From Trichosphaerium sp. ATCC 40318 (lineage: Eukaryota; Protista; Tubulinea): DNA of 64,000 nt. Under the pieces are notes generated by a model. That model saw only the letters and a list, made by a program, of their open reading frames with translations, searched no databases and had not been told where the DNA came from. This document shows, one piece after another, positions 53,573 through 64,000 of this stretch. Each line of letters opens with the position of its first letter. Within the stretch, counting starts at the first letter, position 1. The position numbers and the translations under genes are program-made. Where the stretch lies: the NCBI GenBank assembly GCA_038496445.1, contig JALMLS010000507.1, forward strand, positions 372,001-436,000, given 5' to 3'.

Positions 53573-55039
53573 TTATTCAGCTTTCAGTTGTTTAACTTGT
53601 TGTCTTAAAGAAATAACTTCATTCTGTAGAGTGTTTACCTTATTTTCAAGCATTGAAAACCTTTCTAACAACCCAGCGACATCAACGTTCTTTGATGAAT
53701 GTGGTACATAAGTGTTTGGAGCTTCAGGTACTTTAAAGTCTCTTGTTGGTGTTGCTTCTGGTGAAAGAGATGCTAATCTACCTTTGGCCTCAGCAGCATT
53801 TTGTTTAAGGTTACGTAGTATCCTTTTTCTGTTTGCTTTTGCGACAGTGAATCCGATCAAAATAATTAAGCTGATTTCTTCTTCTTTGTCTTTAAGACTT
53901 ATCCTGAGGTACTTGTTTATGACTTTCTTCTTTTCTTCATCGTCTGCAGATATAAGAGCACGTTCTAGATTAAATTTCCCTCCAGAAACTGCGTGAGCCA
54001 AAGCTAGAGCTACAGAAGTGTTCGAAAATGTTTTTTGTAGTGTTGAAGCAAATGCCAATTCAGTGATATCTTTATAGGGTTGTAGGTACGTTTCAAGCCA
54101 TCCAATAAGTGCTTCGGTGTAAGTAGCTACATAAGGGGTAGCACCTCTAGGTATATTGAGACAAGGTTCTAGTATGAAGCATTGGAAGAGCTCAAAAAGG
54201 AAATCTCTCATCTGAACACAAAATGAATCTGTGAAATGTTTTGCTTTTCTTTGTTCGCGCCATTTCTCCAGTGTATAATCAAAAGACCTATCTGAATAAA
54301 TACACAAACGCTCCAACGCACTTTCGACATATTCCTCCCTTTCTTTTTCTAACACCAAGTCTTTTGCTTTCGGAGCTAAAAATAACTCAATTAAAAATAA
54401 TGCTAACGTCAACAAAAAAATATAAAAACGAGATAGCGATTCTCTCATCACGTGATATAGTAAATTGTTCATTATAATTAAATAAACAATCCTTGTACTT
54501 TCTCTTACCTTTAATGCCTGTTATCGCGCCTATAATCTTTGGTAGAAGAGTGTGTTTAATAACCATTTTTTCGTGCTAATTAAAAAAAAATAAGATGGAA
54601 ATAAACTCTTCCATAACATACAAAAGAGTACGGCAAACCAAATTCAAAAGCAGGATAAAGTTTGAGCCATGATTCAAAAATATCCAAATGATTGTTTGCT
54701 TGTTTCTTTACTTTCTTATCGCGAAGCGCTTTTTTGCATGTAAGACCACAAGAAGCACCTTGGGTGTTAAAACGTCAGTTTTGTCCGAAAATTTTTGTTG
54801 GATTTTATCCACAAAAAAAAGTTCTTTTTCTCGTTGTACGTGGTGTAGGTGATGGTGAAGTTATTTTTGTAGGTTTAGATTGTCTATTTGTGACCGAGTG
54901 TGACACTCTTATTAAAAACATGTAAGTAGCGGCACACAGCGTAGACGTACTCTTTTTTATTCTTTTTGTCGTTTTTTGTGGCAGATTTTCGCAGCTTTTT
55001 GGCTTTCTTGCCTTCCGTAGCTACTAAACGATCAGTCAT
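53573..55039 (-). CDS. Hypothetical protein, basic N-terminus and C-terminal coiled coil
   Basis: ATG 55039 (MTDRLVATEGKKAKK...), short 5' exons with canonical introns, and a long last exon ending LRQQVKQLKAE*. Confidence 0.55.
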
Positions 55040-55464
55040 GATCTACAGTATACTACACTCGTGATCAGTGGTGAACGGTTTTGTTCAGTTGTTAAGTAAT
55101 ACATTACTTCACAGACGTTTTGGGTAGTTGGGACATTTTATCACGTGTAGTATTCCAAGTTTCGTAAGTGTACAATACCGTCTGACCATAATTTTTGTCT
55201 GAAGCAAAATGTTACGTATTCCTGTTTTAAACTAACGCGTCGCGAGTCCACGTGGTATTTATTTTATTTGTCCTTTACGTAAGTTCAGTTCAACACATTA
55301 GACGTCCTCATCGATCGATATCTTTCACCTCCTTATTATCTTGGCCTGGTACTTTTTTTCCAAATAAACTTCGTAGTTACACTGTAAAACTCGTGGTTTG
55401 TCTGAAGTAGTGGCCAAAGATTGAACGATTACTAAAAAAACCCATAGCACGAAAAATTGTTTAT

Positions 55465-57420
55465 TTACACAGAGTCCGAGAACGAGCTCTCCGTGCTTTT
55501 CCCAGAGTAGCTGTTATCTTTAGAATTAATCAAGGGTTTATTTTCCTAAAACAGTAAATTAACAACTAGTACTAGACAATACAAACAAAAGCTCACCTGT
55601 CGCTTGCCCAACTCTTTCTCTGTTGGTTTGATAAAAAGCAATAGCAAAAACGCAATAAAAAAAGATGCACCAGCCATAGCTCCAGCTACTTTGTAACTAC
55701 CAAACGCATCGTATATGGCTCCAGCAGCAGGTACACCAGCTGCCATTGATAGCCAACCAAACCACAATGTACCAAGAATCACAGAAAAGTTCTCTAAATT
55801 ATTGCTTTAGTACGAGATGAAAGCAAAAAAAAAAATAAATAGAGTACCTGTTCCGAAGACCTCTGCAACAAATGGCGAAAAGTTTCCTATTATTGAACCA
55901 GATGATACGCCATAAGCTACACCATAAGCCATAAGTAATGGGAAACTATCAAGCCAAGGCCAAGCAGTAGTAATGACAGTCATGAACAATAAAGCCAACT
56001 GAATAATAATTCTCTGTCCGACGAAATCAGATATGAAACCAAAGATTAACCTTCCACCAGCAGAAGCAGCACCAATAACTGAAAGAAGGAGAGAAGATTG
56101 TAGAGTAGTAAACCCTTTATCTTCACCATCAGCAATGATATGAGAGAATGGTATAAGGTATCCGTATGCCATGAATAGCACAATAAGAAAAAGTATTATA
56201 AATTGTGAGTTTGTAAAGTATTCAATATTAAAAACTTTCTTGCTTTGTTTGATTGTAACCCTCTTGCGATAAAAAAAAATCAAAGGTAGATTCAACGCGA
56301 GAATACCCGACATTACTTTTAAAGAGTTCTTCCAGCCCATTATACCCTCCAAATACGTAAAAAGAGCTGGATATACAAAAGTACCAACGCCAATACCTGA
56401 ACAAACATAAGAAGAGTAAAAGACTTTAGAAAGACTGCTAGAAACGCCACTTCAAAAAAAATCACAAAACAGATACAAAACTATTTCGGCTTGAAAAGAA
56501 AAAAGTTCCTTGCGAATTATTACGAGTGTGAAATGACTGATAAGTACTTTTTGTCGGTTTTGCCGACAAGAAAAACTGTTCTTATTTTTCTAAAAATACA
56601 ACACACGTGTACGCGCGAGGTGGGTTTTTTTCGTGAATGTCAGAGCTCGCTTTTCTAATAACTCCATGTGTTGTGAAGTGGTTTTGTTTCATATTTTTTT
56701 TTGTGTTTGTGGGTTACGTACCTGCGTTGGCTAAACCAAATGCTAGTCCGGCGTATTTCTCAAACCACATGGCTAGTAATGCATTACCAAGTATTGTACA
56801 GCAAGAACCAAGTCCCATCACAAAACCGTATGTAAATACAAACCAAGCAAATGAAGGAGCATATCCACTAGCGAATAGACCAACTGTTGCAATAGCTGAC
56901 GCTATACCCGTCATAAGAGGGTACCCGAACTTTTCTGCACAATAACCAAAGCCACTCATCACTGTATACGTCTAGCAACTCATTAATTGCGTCTTCGTAT
57001 CATACTACAAAAAAAAATCGCGTTCATGTAATGCGGAGGTGCGCAAGTAGTGACACTTTGAGTTGAGTTGAAAGGGCGATAGTTTGAATTACTTACTGTG
57101 ATTGTGTAGATTGTACTAGCCAATGATGCTTCTCCTCTTTCGATATTATATTCTTCTAGTTTTGTAGTTAGTACAAGTGCTTGTTACGCTGACGAACCTG
57201 TGAGGTTAGTTATAAGAGCGCCAAAGAGAAAGCTTACACCATAAACCGAGAAAAATAGATAAAAACAAACAGCAAGTACTACAAATGCATATCCCTTGTC
57301 TGGTGGAGGTGGTGTTGGGTCGTTAGCGAATAAATCTTCGGTTTCAAACTCTAGGCGCTCAGTTGTTGTGAGAGCTACTTCCTCAGAAAACCTCTTTATA
57401 TCACGTTCCTTTGCGTCCAT
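55465..57420 (-). CDS. MFS transporter, monocarboxylate porter (SLC16/MCT)-like
   Basis: PPPDKGYAFVV, TYGFVMGLG, WFEKYAGLAFGLANAG, GRLIFGFISD, GAIYDAFGSY; 12-TM pattern. Confidence 0.88.
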
Positions 57421-57668
57421 TCTCGTTAAAACTTAAACGTCACTTTTGATACGTGCTGTTCAAAATAAGATTCACAATATTTCGTCATCTCGAGGTAAGA
57501 TACTCCGCCGTACACACCGGAAGAAAATCACAGAGCACCGTTTCCTACATTTTTAGTGTTGAAAATGCGAATGAACATAACCGAATTCGGCTTTACTAAT
57601 ATACGATAGCTACATGGTGCCTTAACAGTGGTAAATTTAACCGGAACAAGTGGAAATTAGAAAAATGT

Positions 57669-58889
57669 TTACTGAGTTTTTTTTGGTACGAACACTTTGT
57701 TGTTTCCGGAACAGTACTGTCCTCCAGATATAAAATCTACGTCTAGGTATGTCATATGATCCATGAATAATTTCCCCACATTTCTTGTAAACGTCGGAAG
57801 CTTATTTTGACAATTTGGATCTTCTCCATTGCTATCACAAACCTTGAAGTGTTTACCATTGTTCTCATAGAAAATCTCTACTGGAAAGTGATGGAAACCG
57901 TTTGCATCATCACCGTACGGTAATAACTTATTTAAAAACCGTATTACTCTATTATTGTGGTATGTCTCACGTCTGATTGGCATCTTTGTTATAATGTCTC
58001 CTTGGTTAACAACTCTATAAGTTTGAAAGTGCTAAAAAACAAGTTAGTACATTTGAAAAGTTATAAATAAGCGTACGTCAGCTGCGTATCTAGCGAACAT
58101 CTCGTTTCCTGTTCTTGGCGATCCAAAGTTTATTACAAGAAGGTTGTTTATTTTGTGGTGGTACGATAAGCTTACTGCTGCGATCTCACTAAGAGCACCT
58201 CCCAAAGACAAGCCTGTAAGAATAATCTAAGAAAAATGAGTACTGTGTGTTTGACACGTAATTGCCGTCGTACACGGTGAGATGGGTATTGTCTTCTTAG
58301 CCTACGCAAGTGCATTACAACATCTTTTTCGAGAACTTGCCAAGCCTGGTAGAATCCCCTGGCAACTTTCATGCCACCATAGCGTCCCCACTTTCCATTG
58401 AAATCTAAATCAAATTATTTAGTTGAAATCAAAATTGTTTTCTTTATTGTGTACTTGTTAGTGTTAAACTCTTCAAGGAAGCTCGTAGAAAACCATACTT
58501 CAAGACACCACCGCGAAAAGAAACAATAACTAGAATAAGTGTTAGAGTAAGTGAATAGTTCCGCGGCTTACTTCTATTGCCATGCCTAACAATGTAGGCG
58601 AGCTGAGACATGGAGTCCTTTCTAATAAGCGCTTCAAAGTGGATATTATCGTTGTCATTACGCTGCTTGCACCTTCAAACGTATTAGGGGGTAGCAATAA
58701 GCGATTTTGCACCAGTAGCATTCATTTGTTTCCAGATTGACATCAGGGCACCAACTGGCGTAACTGTAGAACAAGTAGTCCTTAAAAGCTGCGGAGATTT
58801 AGATAGGAGGTGATATTGCAGAAAAGCGTACGTGAAGGCGCTGCAGCAATACACAGCGCACCCAACAGTAAAAGAAGAAGTACTTTCAT
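57669..58889 (-). CDS. Secreted class 3 lipase
   Basis: Signal peptide; VSFRG, KVARGFY, nucleophile elbow TGLSLGGAL, FGSPRTGN, VVNQGDII, DHMTY. Confidence 0.85.
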
Positions 58890-59195
58890 CCTAGCTATGA
58901 ATTGTTTAGCTCGTTGACTAAATGCAGAATGGCCCTTCTTAATTTGGAGGTAAACATTGTACTCAATTTAGTCCAACTTTTTACAGTAAAAAAGCTAAAT
59001 GTCGAAAGCAACAACATGGATTTCTGCAAAGTACCAAATGTTACTTCCTCCACTCTTCTCTGCGATCTGGCTTGCTGCTCTTATGATTGTCTTGCAGAGC
59101 TCTAATTAACACCGCAATCGATTGAGAAAGTATGGAAGGCTTAAAGAGTGGAGCGGTTAAGCAAACCAAACTGCGTTTTGAACTGCAAAAGCGAT

Positions 59196-60784
59196 ATGAA
59201 GCTCCTGATTATATTACTTGCGTTTACGTGCGTTGTATGCGCTGAAAAATGGCCACGTTTGATACAATGGAACGAAACTGGACCAGCAATATGGATGACA
59301 GAGCAAGAGCTTATGGAAAGGCGCGCAAAGATAAACACGTGGCCTACTGGTTTCCAAGGTATGCCAATATGTTTGTTAACTGACAAGTCAAAAGAATGTT
59401 CAATTTTTCGTTTTATCAGTAGTGTGGCGCTACTGTGGTAACATACTGATGTATTTTAGACATAACAGATACACCTCACTTGAAAGAAGGTATCGCCAAG
59501 CGCAGTGTTATCCCAGGTACGCCAAACAAACCGTTTCGTTAGATTTTAAGACGTTCTTAACACGTGCGTAAGAACAACCTGTACTACAACATATTGTCGA
59601 ACCGTTATTACCTCGTATGACTGCAAGCAACATTGAGGCGTATATTACAACGCTAGAGAATTATCACACCAGGTGAGAATCTTGTTGATCATTTACTGTT
59701 ACTGACATTTACCACTTAGGTACTATACTACTCAAACTGGTAAAGAGAGCGCTGAATGGATACGTGATAAATTCGTTGGTGAGCTTGAAATTTTTTCTCT
59801 TTTTTTCTTTGTTGTTGGTACTTATTTGTACTGGATAGAGTTCGGTGCAGGTAATTCGGCTATTGAGGTTGAATTGTTTGAGCACTCTTGGGCACAACCT
59901 TCCGTGATTTGCCGTTGGAAAGGAGAAGATGATGAGCGAGTGATTTTAGGCGCTCATGAGGATTCTATTGCTGGAGCCGCTAACTCACGTGTACGAGTGA
60001 CGGTTTTACTTGTTCCAAAAACAAAACACACCTTTTTGACGCATCTCGGTAATTTTGGACATAGGCTCCTGGTGCTGATGATGATGGAAGCGGCATAGCA
60101 CAGCTATTTGAGATCTTCCGCGTTCTTGTGGCGTATGGAGAGCAAAGTGGTTTCAGACCAAAACATACTGTCGAATTCCATGCCTACGCAGCTGAAGAGG
60201 GTATGATTTGAGCCTTTTTTGTAGTTGAATTAGCTGACAAAGTATGTTTTTTTTTAGCTGGTCTAAGAGGTGCACGTGCAATCGCTGATGATTATAAAAG
60301 TAAAGGTATTACTGTCAAGGCTATGGTTCAAGCTGAAGTATCTGGCTACGTTGGTAACAGCAGAACAATCGCAATTCTTGATGACACCTACACAAGTAAG
60401 TCCAAAAACCAAATAGAAATCACCGACAGATTTCTAACATTATTTTTTTCCAGACTCGGCGCTTAACAGTTTCATGGCTGAGGACGCCAAAACTTATGCT
60501 GGAATCGACACAAGATTTCAAAGATGTAATTATGGATGTAGTGATCACTACGCTTGGGCTGAGGCAGGTTATGATGTAGCTTGCACTGGTGAAGCAGGTC
60601 CTTCAGGTAAGCCAAGGAAAAAACCTCTTGGGAATGAGAATTGGACTTATTAATTTACTTAGGTGGTGCTAATCCTTATATGCATACTTCAAATGATTTA
60701 TTGATTCACCTTGATTCTTCTTATATACTAGAGTTTGCTAAGATGAATCTTGGATATGTTGTTGAAATCAGTATGCACGCTTAA
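59196..60784 (+). CDS. Secreted leucine aminopeptidase, peptidase M28 family
   Basis: Signal peptide; ILGAHEDS, APGADDDGSG, YAAEEAGLRG, CNYGCSDH, NPYMHTSND. Confidence 0.9.
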
Positions 60785-60924
60785 AGAGATAAATGAAAAT
60801 AAACACTGTTTTTGTTTCTAAACCAAAAGGCTTTTATTTTCTTCAAATGATTTTGTCTATTGTTGCGCCTTCGGCCTTTGGATATTATTTCTTTTTCTAT
60901 CTTTGGAACACTTGCGCCAAAGTG

Positions 60925-61837
60925 CTAATCTGTTGTATCTTGTTTAAGAAGCACAACATACTTTGCAAGGAAGGTATTCTTATCAACAGAAATATTAAGG
61001 TTATCATAACAAGCAATCGGTATACCAATATCAGCAAGGTACACATCCCCACATACATCTGTATTCCATAGCCCAGTTTTTGGCAAAGCCAAAGTCCTAA
61101 CGCACGTGAGAAGAACCTTTAAATCTTGTGGTATCTATACAATGTTTTATTCGCCTTCACAGCCACACCAGCGACTGTTCCAGTGTTAGAATCTAATCCG
61201 CTTGGAGTGTCTAAAGAAATAACATGTGATGCTGCACAACTGTTTATAAACTTAATAACATCTAGAGCTGCACCACGCGGAGCTCCACTAATAAATTCTT
61301 AATGATTGAGAAACAATTAAACTGACATACCGAAGACTATATCCGAGTAATGAGTCTACAATGACATCTGGCATTTTGAAGGTTGAGAGTTCTTCTGTTG
61401 CTATAAATTTGCATGGAGTCGACTTTAATACTTCGTATTGACGCTTTGGAGCGTCTTTAAGCTTATCAAAAGGCCTTGTGGCGACAACTGTGACACTTAA
61501 AACCGTTTTGTTAAGTTAGATTATTTCGGGCGTTGTGGAGAAACGTACTCTACACCATGATTTGCTAAGTGGCGCGCTGCACAAATACCGCCACCGCCGT
61601 TGCCTCCAGAGCCTGCTGCGACTAGCACAGTTTTTTTTAAATACTCTTCACCCAAACAAGTTAAAACGAGCTCCGCCATATTTCTTCCTGCGTTTTCCAT
61701 CATTTGAAGCAGGTCTGGACCTGTTTTTTCCATTGCCATTATATCTACATCGTACATTTGTGCTGTTGTGATAGAAGGAACCTAAGGTACGTGAGGACGC
61801 GTTTACTTGGAACGAGAACTGATCACCTTGACGCCAT
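60925..61837 (-). CDS. NAXE: NAD(P)H-hydrate epimerase (YjeF_N), stand-alone prokaryote-like form
   Basis: LLQMMENAGR, AGSGGNGGGGICAARHL, IVDSLLGYSL, SLDTPSGLDS, TLALPKTGL, LADIG. Confidence 0.85.
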
Positions 61838-62193
61838 TTTCGTTTGTGAAAACAACTCTTCTGATGTCAACGTCGTCTATTTTCACAGGTTTGTCTGGTT
61901 TATCGCTCTGTTTATGTGCCTCACTCATTGTTTATAAGCACAATACCTAAGGATAATATTAAGGCAAGTCTCTTCTAAATAGCTGAAAAACGTCAAAGCT
62001 TCACTGCATCAGTCAACCTACGAGTACAAAGTTCGCATGAGACTTGTCTAACCTGACTTTTTACTTTGCAAGTCACGTGATACAACTAGTCTCAAAACGG
62101 TTTTTATGGAAGCAAGTTGAACACGAAATAGAATCATATGGTAATACGACGTAGTTGAGTGTTTATTTTACATATGTACAAGTGTTGTAGCGT

Positions 62194-62865
62194 CTACTTG
62201 TGCTTGGAAAAAAGAGTTTGCCCAGGTACAAGCAAAAATGCAGAAGTTAGTTGTTCTCGCGTAAATGGTCTTAATTTTAATGGTGCTAGATCTCCCTCTG
62301 GTGGCGCCATTCTAGCGACTTTTTCTAAGCCTTTATAGCGCGGTTTGGCGCGCCGTAGTTTAAATTCTTTTTTTTTAACGCCCTGAATGCCTTGTAGGTA
62401 TCCCTTGCGAAACTCTTCCTCAATACGCTCCGTTTTACTGACTGATCCGCCTAAACCATAATGTACTAATAGATTCTGCGTGGCTGAAGGTACAGTAGGG
62501 TCTTGACGCGGTGGTTTTGTTATTAGGGCCAATGGGCGTTCTTGCTCTCTTAGCGAGATCTGTAGAAGCTCTTCGGCAGTAGGTTCTGCGGCTTCCATCT
62601 ACTATTTGTTGATTAGCTGGAGTAACGACGAAACAAGACTTTTTGGTTTTTAAATTGTCCACTATCGGCGCTTTGCACTAAACTGGCTAGCCATAGTTCA
62701 TGCACGCTTACTAGTATCGCATTTGTATAGATTTGTGTGAACGATAACGTTACCTAATGGCAAACAACGTACCACGAATAGAAGTTAGTGGCGCAGAGGT
62801 AAGCATCAGCAATAACAACCGCTATTTTTAAGTGACAATTCCTAAACCGAGTTGAACACCTTCAT
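62194..62865 (-). CDS. Hypothetical protein; 5' exon structure uncertain
   Basis: Last exon of 134 codons (62194-62598), with short upstream exons bounded by GT-AG from ATG 62865. Confidence 0.4.
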
Positions 62866-63023
62866 TGTGCGATTGGTTGCGTGTGTACGCTGGAAAATCC
62901 ATTTCAAAGTAATGATACGTTTGCAATTGCTAAATCTAGTTCTAGAGCGACGAAGGCGCTCCACTAACCGAGCGCATAGATGGGCAGCCTTATCCTGAAC
63001 AAGAGACGAACGCAGCAAAATAC

Positions 63024-64000
63024 ATGCCCGAAAAAAGGCCATTGCATGCTAGAACGCTTACCTGGTTTCGTCATAGATTCGTCGGTGGACATTGGACCGT
63101 AATTAATGTACGTGTGCAACTAAAAATCCCAACACCATGCTACTTGTTTATTTCAGTGAATGCTGCCTGTCATTTTATAAATGTCTCTTGTTTGATAGCT
63201 TACAGTTTTTAGTTGCATTTACCATTAGGTTCAATGGGCGCTCTTAGTGTTTATGTTGTTCAGATATTTCTACTATACGCAGAAAATAGTTTAGCCGCAC
63301 AAATAATATCAATGTTCCTTGGGGTTATGAGCGTATTGTATGTTATCAATTGGCTGTATCAGCTTGTGTCAGCTGTATTTTACGTTAGTACATTTGCTAG
63401 AAGTGGGTACGTGAAAATTATTTCAGCACATTACCAGCGTGCACCTTTTTTTTTGGTGCTGATATTGTTTAGGAAATTTGCAACATTTTCAGAAGTTGTA
63501 CAAGATGTTGTATTCAATCGAATGAGGAAACAAGGTCAAATAGATGTGGTGTTACTAATAGATACATACCTTGGTGAGTATTGTCTGAGTTCATTCAAAC
63601 AAGACTTAACAATATGCCTGTAGAGATTACTATCGCTTTTTCCAGCTTCTTCATAGGCTTGTACTTCATTGATCCTGCTCAGTTTAATGGAGTAAATTTT
63701 ACAGATAGTCCATGGCGTAAAGGTAAACAAACGTCTTTGTACTGCTTCCTTTAACAACCTATAGCTGTCATTTTTTACTACTACACAGTTCTGGTCAATG
63801 CTGGCGTTGGGTATGGTGAGTATGCTCCCGAACACTGGATTTGTGAGGTATGTGGGAAGTCAGTCTGAAAAGACTAGCAAGCAATTAACAGTACTTGTTT
63901 TACTAGCTGGCTACTGCTTTTAGTGTAATTATTGCTGGTTTGTTCAATATCTTCGCCATCGGTAGCGCTACTGGAATGGTTATAGGTCGTAGAGATAAAC
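63024..64000 (+). CDS. Multi-pass membrane protein, possibly ion-channel-like; 3' incomplete
   Basis: Spliced hydrophobic exons; FSSFFIGLYFIDPAQFNGV...SMLPNTGF resembles a TM-turret-pore layout. Runs off the window end. Confidence 0.45.

Overview
AT-rich, gene-dense eukaryotic DNA with many short (mostly ~35-80 nt) GT-AG introns and the standard genetic code (TAA, TAG and TGA all used as terminal stops). The actin sequence ([36 protein letters not shown]) points to an amoebozoan-type protist. About 25 spliced protein genes and one intronic tRNA-Cys are supported: an ULK/ATG1-like kinase, several F-box proteins, a Patched/NPC1-like SSD protein, two inverted near-identical arylsulfatases, NTH1, PIF1, CBP3, an ADP-ribosylglycohydrolase, a RhoGAP-like/PP2C fusion, actin, FolD, GBF1, an MFS transporter, a class-3 lipase, an M28 aminopeptidase, NAXE and several orphans. 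The standout is a gene at 17580-21210 that splices into one reading frame. It encodes a signal peptide, a Reeler-like domain, a Cys-rich module, a membrane anchor and a second, internal signal peptide ending A-L-G. That signal is followed directly by His-Asn-Trp, the start of an LPMO-like (His-brace) domain. It reads as a viral-style cellular polyprotein in which signal peptidase would expose the N-terminal His needed for copper binding. Other oddities: a cluster of 13 GTAC motifs upstream of that gene, roughly 7-fold enrichment of CACGTG, a C33 tRNA inside a GBF1 intron, and prokaryote-type ARH and NAXE genes that carry introns. Exon boundaries were read by eye and no database searches were run.
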